In this document: piece by piece, positions 29,773-39,001 of the stretch
How the letters are laid out: each line of letters starts with the position of its first letter
Numbering within the stretch: position 1 is the first letter of the stretch
Origin: Promethearchaeota archaeon
Lineage (GTDB): Archaea > Asgardarchaeota > Lokiarchaeia > Sigyniarchaeales > SOKP01
NCBI GenBank assembly: GCA_019058365.1
Contig: JAHPZE010000008.1
Span: 89,651 to 153,650 of the forward strand
Direction: 5' to 3'
DNA length: 64,000 bases
Notes under the pieces: generated by a model
The model's database searches: none
Seen by the model: the letters and a program-made list of their open reading frames with translations, nothing else
Told to the model about the DNA's origin: nothing
Translations under genes and position numbers: made by a program

Positions 29773-30297
29773 AAAAATGATTTTATCGAGTTTATTAAAC
29801 AGAGAAAAAGCACTAGGAGCTTCATCTATCAGAAAATTGATAAAGAAACAATTTTAAATATATTGGAAGGCGCTCGATGGGCACCTTCTGGAAATAATAG
29901 TCAACCTTGGCGAGTATGCATAGTTATTCATCCCACTGTTAAAAGAATGCTTTCGGAGCTCTCTAAATATGGAGGTATTATCGAAGATGCTTATGTTAAT
30001 TTAGTGATATTCTTGGATCTTGAAAGAGGGTATGATAGAGTAAAAGATATTCAAGCTATTGGAGCATTCATGGAAAATCTTCTGTTGGGGATTCATGCAC
30101 AAGAGGATATTGGGGGTGCATGGATCGGAGAAATTTTAGATCGAAAAGAAGAAGTTAATGAGATTTTTAAACTTCCAATAAACAAGTTTGAGTTAATGGG
30201 CATTATTGCTATTGGGCATATTGATGAAGCTCGAGAAAAAGTACATGCTAAAGAAAGAGAGAGACGTCCATTAGACGAGTTTGTTGAATGGTATTAA
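29761..30297 (+). CDS. Nitroreductase family protein
   Basis: RKSTRSF, APSGNNSQPW, ENLLL, WIG. Confidence 0.92.
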   Translation: MDLIKNDFIEFIKQRKSTRSFIYQKIDKETILNILEGARWAPSGNNSQPWRVCIVIHPTVKRMLSELSKYGGIIEDAYVNLVIFLDLERGYDRVKDIQAIGAFMENLLLGIHAQEDIGGAWIGEILDRKEEVNEIFKLPINKFELMGIIAIGHIDEAREKVHAKERERRPLDEFVEWY

Positions 30298-31647
30298 TTA
30301 TTCGTTTAATACAGAATTTTCTTTTTTCTTCCTTAATTTTTTGTCTTCGAGTGGTTCGACAAGATAGGGATTGAGGATCTTCATTCCTATAATAAAGAAA
30401 GAAATTAATGACCATTCGACAATAATTGAAATGATAAAAGGTGCTTGATGACTTATAGTTTCCCATGCGATCCCTCCTAAGAGAGGACCTATTATCATAC
30501 CTATTGATTCAAAAAGAGTAATCATCCCAAATATCTTTCCTCGATGCTTAATCGAGACACGACTAAGGAAATTTATGAAAATAAAGCTAGTTGTTAACAT
30601 AATGGTCTGGTCGATAATAAGTAAAATAGAAAAAACCCATAAGTTACCTGAATTAATAATGAGCCATGTAACCACACCTCCAAGAAAACTTGATACAATA
30701 ACAGTTAAATATGTGTTAAGTTTGTCAGCTAATGTTCCTAATTTAGGTGCGATTAAAGCCCCGATTAATGCTGTGGGCAAATAAAACCATGCCACTAATT
30801 CTGCATTACTATTTATATTTGCAAGTACATAAGTTTGAATATAAGGCCGATATAATCCAGAATTAATTGCGGTTAAAAAAAAACCAGAGAATAAGATAAT
30901 AATTCCTAAAAAATAGAACAAATTTGGTGTTTTTTTTGAAACCTCGTCTGAAGTTTCTAATTCAGATTCAACTATACTGTTATTCTCTATATTTGGGTAT
31001 TCAAACTTTTTATTCTCATCTACTTTCCTTGAGAATTGAATTCCTGCATAAATATTTGAGATCCCGAAGATAGGAATTGCTCCATATATTAAAAAAGCAT
31101 TATTCGGAATAAAGTAATTCGATAAACTAAAAATTGTAAATCCTATAACCGTACCAAGAACCATTCCAATCCCTAAGGCAAGTCTTCTCTTTCCAAAAGC
31201 TGAAGATCGATGATATTTTGAGGATTTTTCAGAAATTATAGTATCTAAAGGAGTCCAAAAAATTTGAGCACCCACACCTAAAAGAAATGCACTTATATAC
31301 ATTCCTATTAATGACTGTAAGATTATAGAAGCATAGAGAACAAAATAAGATAAACCTCTCCCAAACGCCCCTATCATTACTAAAATTCGCTTCGAAAAAC
31401 GATCGGTTAAATATCCAATGAAACTTGAACTGATTAAACCTCCAAACGTGATAGCTGAAAAAAATAATCCTACATTAGGCGCAGGATATCCTAAGACGAA
31501 ATAAATATAGTAATTCATTATATATTCTATAAAAAAAAAACCAAGGGAATTCCACACTACAATAAATATAACTGAATTGAAATCTGAAGTGAATTTGTGA
31601 TGCTCAGTTACTGATTGCTTTTTTCCATTCTTTAAAGTTAATCGCAT
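30298..31647 (-). CDS. MFS transporter
   Basis: 12 TM segments, GYLTDRFSKR motif A, G.LADK, IGPLLGG. Confidence 0.92.
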   Translation of the reverse strand: MRLTLKNGKKQSVTEHHKFTSDFNSVIFIVVWNSLGFFFIEYIMNYYIYFVLGYPAPNVGLFFSAITFGGLISSSFIGYLTDRFSKRILVMIGAFGRGLSYFVLYASIILQSLIGMYISAFLLGVGAQIFWTPLDTIISEKSSKYHRSSAFGKRRLALGIGMVLGTVIGFTIFSLSNYFIPNNAFLIYGAIPIFGISNIYAGIQFSRKVDENKKFEYPNIENNSIVESELETSDEVSKKTPNLFYFLGIIILFSGFFLTAINSGLYRPYIQTYVLANINSNAELVAWFYLPTALIGALIAPKLGTLADKLNTYLTVIVSSFLGGVVTWLIINSGNLWVFSILLIIDQTIMLTTSFIFINFLSRVSIKHRGKIFGMITLFESIGMIIGPLLGGIAWETISHQAPFIISIIVEWSLISFFIIGMKILNPYLVEPLEDKKLRKKKENSVLNE

Positions 31648-31772
31648 AATATCAATTAGGAAAAAAAACCAAGGAAAAAAAGATTTATGTTTATAACTAC
31701 ATTTTTCAATTTATTAACTAACTTAGGAGTACTATTTAATTACTTTTCTCGTTGTTTTAGATCTACTCAATC

Positions 31773-32426
31773 TTATAACCAGAAGTGAATTATAGGTGAG
31801 AAAGTTTGTCCAAGCCAGTAATAAAAAGTAACCCAATATGTATAAGTAATACCAAGATACAAAAGAGCATATAATATTGCGAAAAAGAATCCAAAAAATA
31901 CATCTATCGGGAAATGTACCCCTAATATTAATCTTGAAATTGCCATAATAATATCTAATATAATAAAAACAGATAAAATAATCCAAAAAAATTGCGTAAA
32001 ATAATAAGCAAATATAAAACCAAAAAACAATACAAAGGTTACGTGCCCTGAAGGGAATGATTGTTTTTCTGATTCTTTCATAATATATGGAATTCTAATA
32101 AAATCATCATATTTCTTTACGCCCTCATTTTGAAGTGTAACGAATGGGCGATTTCTTCTAATTATCTTATAACGTATGATGCTATGAATAATGATACTTT
32201 GTTCGAAACCACCAGTAAATAGCACTAAGAGATAATAATCTTTTGTAATATATCCGTAGAAATACCATATTAACCAAACCAAACCCCAAAAATACATGGA
32301 GCCGAAAAAGCTATATACAATGGCGAATTTTTTTGTTTTTCTACTAAAATCACTTTTGTAAATACTTAAAAATGCCCGGTGATCCCAATCCTCTATTTTT
32401 CCAAGATATTCTGATAGTGATGACAT
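31773..32426 (-). CDS. PAP2-family lipid phosphatase
   Basis: K...R.RP, SFPSGH, SRL.LGVHFP.DV. Confidence 0.93.
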   Translation of the reverse strand: MSSLSEYLGKIEDWDHRAFLSIYKSDFSRKTKKFAIVYSFFGSMYFWGLVWLIWYFYGYITKDYYLLVLFTGGFEQSIIIHSIIRYKIIRRNRPFVTLQNEGVKKYDDFIRIPYIMKESEKQSFPSGHVTFVLFFGFIFAYYFTQFFWIILSVFIILDIIMAISRLILGVHFPIDVFFGFFFAILYALLYLGITYTYWVTFYYWLGQTFSPIIHFWL

Positions 32427-32703
32427 TATTAAGTTATAAGTCTAATATTGCATAGGATTTAAATAAAATACAAAAATTGATATTTATACTTTTTGCTACA
32501 CTTAATCATCTTGATTAATTTTATTATTCCGAATATAATTAGTATTATTTTAAAGATATAACTTAAATTAAAGACTTTAAAAAGACTTTAGAGTCATTTT
32601 CATATCTATCATTAAAATTTGGAAATCACTTTCTTTCTATAATTTGTAATTTTAAAGATTTTAAGGTTGCTATGCGTGTTTTATTGGTATGTAGATCCAA
32701 CAA

Positions 32704-32725
32704 GTATAAATACAAGTATAGATAC
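32704..32725. promoter_or_regulatory. Candidate operator: tandem GTAT-N2-ATAC palindromes
   Basis: gtataaatac (32704) and gtatagatac (32716), 12-bp period, upstream of the 2TM-PadR operon. Confidence 0.35.
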
Positions 32726-32776
32726 TAGAATTTAAAGGAATTAAACTTATGATTTTCCAAGAATTATGATGTAATT

Positions 32777-33295
32777 ATGATTGAAAATAATGCATTCTCA
32801 GAAGAAAGTTTAAGAAAAATTGCTGCTCAAAAAGTAAGTTTTAGGTTCTCTGTTAGGATCCATGTGTCTATTTTTATCATTGTTAACTTTTTACTTTTTA
32901 CAGTAGATTTAGTCTTTACACCAGGACTTTATTGGATCATATTTCCCTTTTTTTCATGGTTAATAGGAGTTAATATGCATACTTTAGCATATCTCTTATA
33001 TGCAAGAGGAGTTTATCCAATGGCTAAACGAGGAGTGATTTATCACATAGTATCTTTTGTCTCTGTTATGCTATTTCTGTTTATAATTAATTTTGCAACA
33101 CTTTCGGAATATTATTGGGTAATATTTCCTGCAATTTTTTGGGGTACAGCTGTTATTTTACATATAGTAATTTACATACAATACTTTAGTGGAAAAGCTG
33201 AAGAAGGTGGGAAGCTTAGATCAAGAAAAGAGCGTGCAATTGAAAAGGAATTACAAAAAATGAGGAAAAAGCAAGAAAGAAATCAACAAAAATAA
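32777..33295 (+). CDS. 2TM-domain membrane protein (two repeats)
   Basis: Two H...F..V...L..IN....W..FP...W...H units. Confidence 0.82.
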   Translation: MIENNAFSEESLRKIAAQKVSFRFSVRIHVSIFIIVNFLLFTVDLVFTPGLYWIIFPFFSWLIGVNMHTLAYLLYARGVYPMAKRGVIYHIVSFVSVMLFLFIINFATLSEYYWVIFPAIFWGTAVILHIVIYIQYFSGKAEEGGKLRSRKERAIEKELQKMRKKQERNQQK

Positions 33296-33302
33296 TTTCA
33301 AA

Positions 33303-33935
33303 ATGTGGTTAGGTAAATTTTTAGATCTTGAAGACGATATTGAAGAACTGGGTTCTATAATTAAAAAGGAAATCCTTGACAATCTTCAAAAAAGCAAACT
33401 TACCCCTCTCGAATTTACTATTATTGAGACAATTTTCAATAGTGAACAGCTTTCTGGTTATGACTTAATAAAAAATTTAAATAGAAGTTTCGCTGGTACA
33501 TGGGAAGCTCAATCTGGTACCATATATCCACTGTTAAGAAAATTAGAGAAAGATGGATTTTTGAAAGCTAAGAAAGTAAAAAGCCCAATTGGACCATTAA
33601 GAAAAGTTTATTCCTTAACTGAAGTAGGAGATGAACTATTAAAATTTAAGGTGAACAAAAACTACTACGACCAGTTAAAGTTTGTTGAGAATTTTTTAGT
33701 AGAACTCTCATCAATCTTTATTCGGTCTTTTCCTATTAAAGAACAGAGCCAAAAGATAGCAGAAATACAAAATGCTCTCAATGAAACTCTTATAAATGTG
33801 ATGCAAAATATCCCACCAACATTAGAATTTAACACAACATGTAAAAATTGTGGAACTGAAATTGGTCGAGAAGTTGCTTATTGTCCCCAATGTGGAAAAT
33901 CATTATTTGATGAAATAGAAGTTAAAAAAGATTAG
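33303..33935 (+). CDS. PadR-family regulator with C-terminal zinc ribbon
   Basis: SGYDL, GTIYPLL.KLE..G, RKVY.LT..G; CKNC...CPQCG. Confidence 0.92.
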   Translation: MWLGKFLDLEDDIEELGSIIKKEILDNLQKSKLTPLEFTIIETIFNSEQLSGYDLIKNLNRSFAGTWEAQSGTIYPLLRKLEKDGFLKAKKVKSPIGPLRKVYSLTEVGDELLKFKVNKNYYDQLKFVENFLVELSSIFIRSFPIKEQSQKIAEIQNALNETLINVMQNIPPTLEFNTTCKNCGTEIGREVAYCPQCGKSLFDEIEVKKD

Positions 33936-33960
33936 AATAAAGATAATTTAAGCTTGTTAA

Positions 33961-35241
33961 TCATTCAATTTCAATACCATATTTTCTGAATATTTTTTTA
34001 AGCTCTTCATCTGCAAGGTGCTTTAAAATATCCTCTAAAGGTGCTAAAATTTCATCTTTTTTAGCAGTTCGGTTCTGACTTATCCTCCCCTCTTTCACTT
34101 CTAGCGCTGTTTGAGCCCAACTATACTCATCATTAAATGTAAAGAGAACATCCTTATAAGCACCCTCTGTTCCACCATCTCCTGCAAGTGGTTTTTTTTC
34201 AATTGGAACCTCTGGGTCTTGTAAATAACACCAATCAAGTATTACCCATTCTAATTTCCTTTCGGATTCGGGTCTATCAGCGAGATAAAGACAATAAGCA
34301 TGACCTCCTAATTCAGAATTTGATGGGGCAAAAACAGGATCAGCTAAAACTTCAGCAGCAGATACTTTTACGCGCCAACTAGGGATGCCTGCGTTGATCA
34401 ATAGAGCCGCAATCAGAATTGCTCCATCTTCACAATCTCCAATCTCTGCTTGTAAACTCTCGAAGGGGAACAGCCAAAATTCTGGTACTTCAGCAGTTAA
34501 ATCATCATATTTATACTTCAGAAAATTACAGACGAAATTTTGAATAGCTAATGCAGTTTTGTTAGGTGTTTCTTTTCTTAATCCCAACTGTGTTATAACA
34601 TGCCATAATATAGCATCATTCTTTTTAATAAAAGCCTTAACATCTACATCTATTTGTTTCTTGTACATTTCTGCTCTTAATGCTCTGCCAGTGTATATGA
34701 TTGGAGCGGTTTCCCATTTATTATTCCAATAATCTGGCCCGTATTTTCCATAATCTCCTTTAAATTCCTCGATGGGTACATAATCAATTTTAGGTATATG
34801 GCTTGGAGCGGGTTCTTCTTTTTTCACTGGTTTCTTCGCTGGTTTTTTCTCAGGGGTTCCTGAAAGATCTTTGGCAGCCTTAATCCAACTTTCAATTTCT
34901 TTTTGAGTAGGCATTTTTATGAGAGCTTTAGGATTATCTTTTTTAAATTGTTTTAATTTTTCAAGAGTACTTTTAGCATTTCTATAGGCAAATTCCTTCA
35001 CAGAATCTACACCTATAAGATTTAATGCATTAGCCATTTCAGGGCTTACACCTTGGATCCGCATTAAATCTGCATGTTCTTGCCATGTATCAACTAATTT
35101 CACTGACACTCCTATCTTTCTAGCCAATTTTCTAATTTCATTATATGTAAGAGGTATAAGATCTTCTACTGTAGAAATTCCTTCTTTCTCTAACTTTTTT
35201 GCATGATTTTCGGTAAGACTAATAATTTCTGTTAATTTCAT
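33961..35241 (-). CDS. DUF4332-like HhH domain fused to a transglutaminase-like cysteine-protease domain
   Basis: N-terminal KL...GI.TVEDL and ADLMRI.GV; C-terminal GDCED, GHAY and LDW triad. Confidence 0.82.
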   Translation of the reverse strand: MKLTEIISLTENHAKKLEKEGISTVEDLIPLTYNEIRKLARKIGVSVKLVDTWQEHADLMRIQGVSPEMANALNLIGVDSVKEFAYRNAKSTLEKLKQFKKDNPKALIKMPTQKEIESWIKAAKDLSGTPEKKPAKKPVKKEEPAPSHIPKIDYVPIEEFKGDYGKYGPDYWNNKWETAPIIYTGRALRAEMYKKQIDVDVKAFIKKNDAILWHVITQLGLRKETPNKTALAIQNFVCNFLKYKYDDLTAEVPEFWLFPFESLQAEIGDCEDGAILIAALLINAGIPSWRVKVSAAEVLADPVFAPSNSELGGHAYCLYLADRPESERKLEWVILDWCYLQDPEVPIEKKPLAGDGGTEGAYKDVLFTFNDEYSWAQTALEVKEGRISQNRTAKKDEILAPLEDILKHLADEELKKIFRKYGIEIE

Positions 35242-35367
35242 ATGTATATCTCCCTAAATTTTAGAAAATAAATATATAATAATTAAATTTGTTAATATTA
35301 ATGTTTATTCAATTTACTCGGGTTAAAAAATTAACATGAACACTTAAAAATGTAAAATAAATTTCTC

Positions 35368-36039
35368 TTATGAATCTTCTAGTGGAATAACTACAAATAT
35401 TTCATTCTCAACTAAATTATAAATTAACATTGCAATCTCCACATTATCCAATTTTAGAACTTGGCATGCTTTAGTAAATAGTGGGCCAAGTAATATTCGC
35501 CCTTTATTTTTATGAGCAACATCCTTAGCAATTTGGAGAATTTCCTTTATTTTTAAAGATATCTCTTTTCCTTTAGTAGATCCCATTTTATATGGCAATA
35601 TAAGACGTAAGTGAAATTCATCATCAACGATCATATCCACACTCACTTTGTATAACGATTTACGTTGAAAAATTGAAATATCTCCGTTGAATTCAGAATA
35701 TAACTCTTTAAGCTCGTGATTGTATAATTTTTCAAATCTATTACAAAAAGAAGTTAAAACTTCTCTCGCAATAATAATAGGTTTTTGATTGGATATAATA
35801 GTAGTCCAAATCATTTTTCCCGTACGTGTTATTAAATATTTGCCTTCCAAAGTTGCTTGTTCGATTGATCCCTCTACTAAAGGCAAATCTAAGATTTCAT
35901 ATTGAATTGAGCTTCGAAAGATATCAAGGAAATCTGGATCAAAATCACCAGCTGTTTTATAGTAAATAATCTCTTTTGATTCTTTATGAATAATAACAAT
36001 ATACTCGATTGATAATGCTAAAGAAAGATACTCCGGAAT
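35368..36039 (-). CDS. Longin-like domain protein with C-terminal helical/wH domain (start upstream of called ORF)
   Basis: The frame is open for 51 more codons (IEYIVIIHKESKEIIYYK...DPDFL, the longin N-terminal strands), with only ATT/CTG available as starts; F..RFE..Y...F.GD...F. Confidence 0.7.
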   Translation of the reverse strand: MPEYLSLALSIEYIVIIHKESKEIIYYKTAGDFDPDFLDIFRSSIQYEILDLPLVEGSIEQATLEGKYLITRTGKMIWTTIISNQKPIIIAREVLTSFCNRFEKLYNHELKELYSEFNGDISIFQRKSLYKVSVDMIVDDEFHLRLILPYKMGSTKGKEISLKIKEILQIAKDVAHKNKGRILLGPLFTKACQVLKLDNVEIAMLIYNLVENEIFVVIPLEDS

Positions 36040-36230
36040 AAGAATCAGTACCCATCGCTGTGATTTCTATGTATATTGAATAGTACCTTTTTATTTATAA
36101 TTTTGCTCAATAATTATCATAAACTTGGAAAATATTAAATATATAGGAAGTACTAATGAATCATACTGTATAGACTGAAAGCTTATACAGATGCGATTTC
36201 AAAACTTATATTAATAAGGTGGTAAATGAA

Positions 36231-36545
36231 ATGCTTTTTATATCTTATTGGGAATTAAATCCAGATTTTGATCCCTCAGAATTGGCTGAAATTGCCCAAA
36301 AGCTTATGAGTAAAAAACTTTATCCTGTTGAAGGAGTTAAACAAATAGGCTTTTATATCAGTACCTCAGATTATTGGGGTATCACTATTGAAGAAGCCGA
36401 GAATGTGGAACAGATTGCGAAAGGTTCAATGGTATGGAGACTTGCAAAACCTGGTTATATTACGGTTATGAAAACTACTCCTGCTATGGATGCAACAAAA
36501 ATGATACCTCTTGTAATGAAATTAAAAAAGGAAATGAAAAGTTAA
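36231..36545 (+). CDS. Small ferredoxin-like/DUF3303-like hypothetical protein
   Basis: MLFISYWEL...G.K.IG.Y.....WGITI.EAE...TTPAM; ggtgg ribosome-binding-like site upstream. Confidence 0.65.
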   Translation: MLFISYWELNPDFDPSELAEIAQKLMSKKLYPVEGVKQIGFYISTSDYWGITIEEAENVEQIAKGSMVWRLAKPGYITVMKTTPAMDATKMIPLVMKLKKEMKS

Positions 36546-36879
36546 ATTCAGATTAAATCTTTAATTTTAAATCTTTTTTTTTGAATTTATTAAAATTTGA
36601 TGGCCTTTTGTAAGGCTTTAAAGATTATAACTTAGCTCAATTAAACATTAAATTCAAATATAAATAAGCGACTAAAATTAAGTCGTAAGTTTGAGGTATA
36701 AAGAATGCTATATTTAAGATTATTAAAACCAAGTGTTAACCTAAATAAAGCAACAGAAATTCAATGAAATAAAAAGATTGAGGTGGGAAGTTCTTCACCT
36801 TCAGACAACCCTAACATGTTTTGAAACCTTGAAATATACATTTGAATTTAAAATTTACTCCAGAATAAAGAAAAAGGTG

Positions 36880-37025
36880 TGGAGAGGGGGAGATTTGAAC
36901 TCCCGAAGGCCTTTTGGCTATCCAGTTATAAACTGAATATTTGCCACTGGATCTTAAGTCCAGCACCTATAGTCTTGACCCATTTTGGTGTAAAATGGCG
37001 TTTGACCATGCTCGGTAACCTCTCC
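36880..37025 (-). tRNA. tRNA-Leu: tRNA-Leu(UAA) with two non-canonical introns (36969-37001 and 36913-36940)
   Basis: Acceptor GGAGAGG/CCTCTCC-A, anticodon arm CTGGA-CTTAAGA-TCCAG, T arm GGGAG-TTCAAAT-CTCCC. Removing 33-nt and 28-nt inserts gives an 85-nt type II tRNA. Confidence 0.92.
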
Positions 37026-37299
37026 ATTGCAAAAATAAGAAATTTTATTTTAAAAACGGTAATTCTAAGCTTTTAAGGGTAACAATAAATCAAAGTTATA
37101 ATTTTAATTTAAATTTTTTCTTAGCTTAATTTATATTAGGGATTTGATTTGTGTTAATGGTCAGATAAGATATGCATAAAAATAAAAAGAAATAAATAAA
37201 AGTAAGATATTAAAATAATAACATAAATAGTAATGATTCAAGTCTACAAATAAAATTACGTACTTATCTTATATAACTTAAATTAAATGGTATAAAATC

Positions 37300-37677
37300 A
37301 TGCCTGTAGGTATTCTTGTAATTCGCTGGGATAATGAGATTGGTCCTATTAATGAAGGCTTTTATCCGAATACTCTAAAAATAACAAACAACTTGTTAAC
37401 ACAAGTTTACAGTTCACATCGGTATCAATCTTTAAAACCTGGTTTTGCGTCAATTGCTCTTAAAAATAATAAAGTAGTATCGTTCTTCTCTGGAGTTGGA
37501 CAAGATTTTATTTCCGTGGAAAATTATGTCGTGGCACTTCTACTTCGGCGAGATGAGAAACCTGGTAAATATCGTGAGATATTAAAAACAATTTCGGCCG
37601 AAATACTTGAAAAAATTCCAGATGATAAGTATAAAGAAGTATTACCACGTTTGTATGATCAGTTAGCAAAAATTTAG
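37300..37677 (+). CDS. Longin/uDENN-like domain protein
   Basis: GILVIRWDNEIGP.....YP N-terminus typical of uDENN/longin folds. Confidence 0.72.
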   Translation: MPVGILVIRWDNEIGPINEGFYPNTLKITNNLLTQVYSSHRYQSLKPGFASIALKNNKVVSFFSGVGQDFISVENYVVALLLRRDEKPGKYREILKTISAEILEKIPDDKYKEVLPRLYDQLAKI

Positions 37678-37777
37678 AGCAATCTATTTTAACTCCTTAT
37701 TTTATCGATAGAATAATTTTTAAAAGGGATATCAGAAAACTTCAATGCTATTATTAAAATTTGAAATTGGAAGGAAC

Positions 37778-38782
37778 TTAAAGCTCTTCCTCTCTTTTTA
37801 TAACGATTTTTCCTCTATCATTTGTTTCGATAAGACTCATACTTTCTAATTGTTGCACATTCTTTTTTACTGTGACTATTGGAATACCAAGGGCATTTTT
37901 AAGATCTTCTAAAGTAATTCCTCCAACTTCTTCAACTATTAAGAAAGTTTTAAAAAGAGGTTCCTTCTCCATTAAGGGTTTTAACTTTTCATAATAATTG
38001 ATGCTATCTATATTATCTTTTTGGAGTGTCTTTAATTCATTAAGGTTTTTAGTTAGCTTCTCAATTTCTTCATTTGCATCTCTATTTTTATCGCCTAATT
38101 CTCCTACTTTGGCAATTAGCTCATCATATTTTGATCTCATACTTTCAAAACGGGAAGCAAAATCTTTTGCTTCAGAAATCTTTTCTGTAGATGTTAACTT
38201 GCTGTCCATTAAAAAGGAATCAAGTTTATTAATTTTAGATCTTAATTCTTGGGTCTCATTTCTATATTTTTGTTCCATTTCTTCTATCATTTTAACTTGT
38301 TCTTCTTTAAATTTATCAGTAAATGCTTCTAATTCTTTTATTTTTGTTTCTTGATTTTTCATTGCTTCCTTTTTTAAGATTAATTCAGAGTTTTTTTCAG
38401 CTAATTCGGTTCTTAAATTCCCCATCGTTTCATAAGCTTCTTCTAATTTTTTTTGAGTTGGAATAATTTGTTTTTTTATTAATTCTAATTCTTTTAGAGA
38501 TTGGGCAACTTCAGCTTTCGCATATTCTAATTCAAGGTCTTTTTCATTAATATGCTGTCGTTGTGCACCAATTAATTCTTTAAGTTCAAGTATATCTTCT
38601 GGAATATCCGTCATTTTTGAAATTTTAGCTTTTTGTTCTTCAATTATTCCCTCTTGTTCACTTATGATATGTTTTTGTCGTTCTGCTAAAGCAGCTAATT
38701 CATCAGTTTTTGCTTTAATAGCAGCAACCTCTTTTTCACTCGATTCAATATTGTCCAGCTGTTTTCTTAAATCATTAGGCAT
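37778..38782 (-). CDS. Long coiled-coil protein with C-terminal winged helix
   Basis: ~260 aa E/K-rich heptads followed by GITLEDLKNALGIP..TVKK.V..LE...LIE. Confidence 0.8.
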   Translation of the reverse strand: MPNDLRKQLDNIESSEKEVAAIKAKTDELAALAERQKHIISEQEGIIEEQKAKISKMTDIPEDILELKELIGAQRQHINEKDLELEYAKAEVAQSLKELELIKKQIIPTQKKLEEAYETMGNLRTELAEKNSELILKKEAMKNQETKIKELEAFTDKFKEEQVKMIEEMEQKYRNETQELRSKINKLDSFLMDSKLTSTEKISEAKDFASRFESMRSKYDELIAKVGELGDKNRDANEEIEKLTKNLNELKTLQKDNIDSINYYEKLKPLMEKEPLFKTFLIVEEVGGITLEDLKNALGIPIVTVKKNVQQLESMSLIETNDRGKIVIKREEEL

Positions 38783-39001
38783 TGTGTATTCTCTCCAAAA
38801 TTTAATTTAAAATAGATATTTTTATGATACTTATATGGATAAAATATTTATTAATTTTTTTTAACAAGACTTATCATAATTAAGAGAGATTAGTATTAAA
38901 TAATTTTCGAAATAAAAAGCTTTATTTATTTATTGAGGGCTATTTTTAAGGTATGGAAATTTGGAAATTAATATATATCCTTGAAGCATTTAATTAATAT
39001 T

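Noticed and set aside
36155-36200. SECIS-like ATGA...AAA...GA hairpin
   Set aside because: Helix geometry is imperfect, and it lies 5' of a gene with no same-strand UGA-containing ORF upstream.
36546-36879. Integrated element at the tRNA 3' end
   Set aside because: I found no duplicate of the tRNA 3' end and no integrase; only weak hairpins are present.
36879-37076. 65-aa plus-strand ORF
   Set aside because: It is the antisense of tRNA-Leu (MERGRFEL is the reverse-complemented acceptor/T arm).
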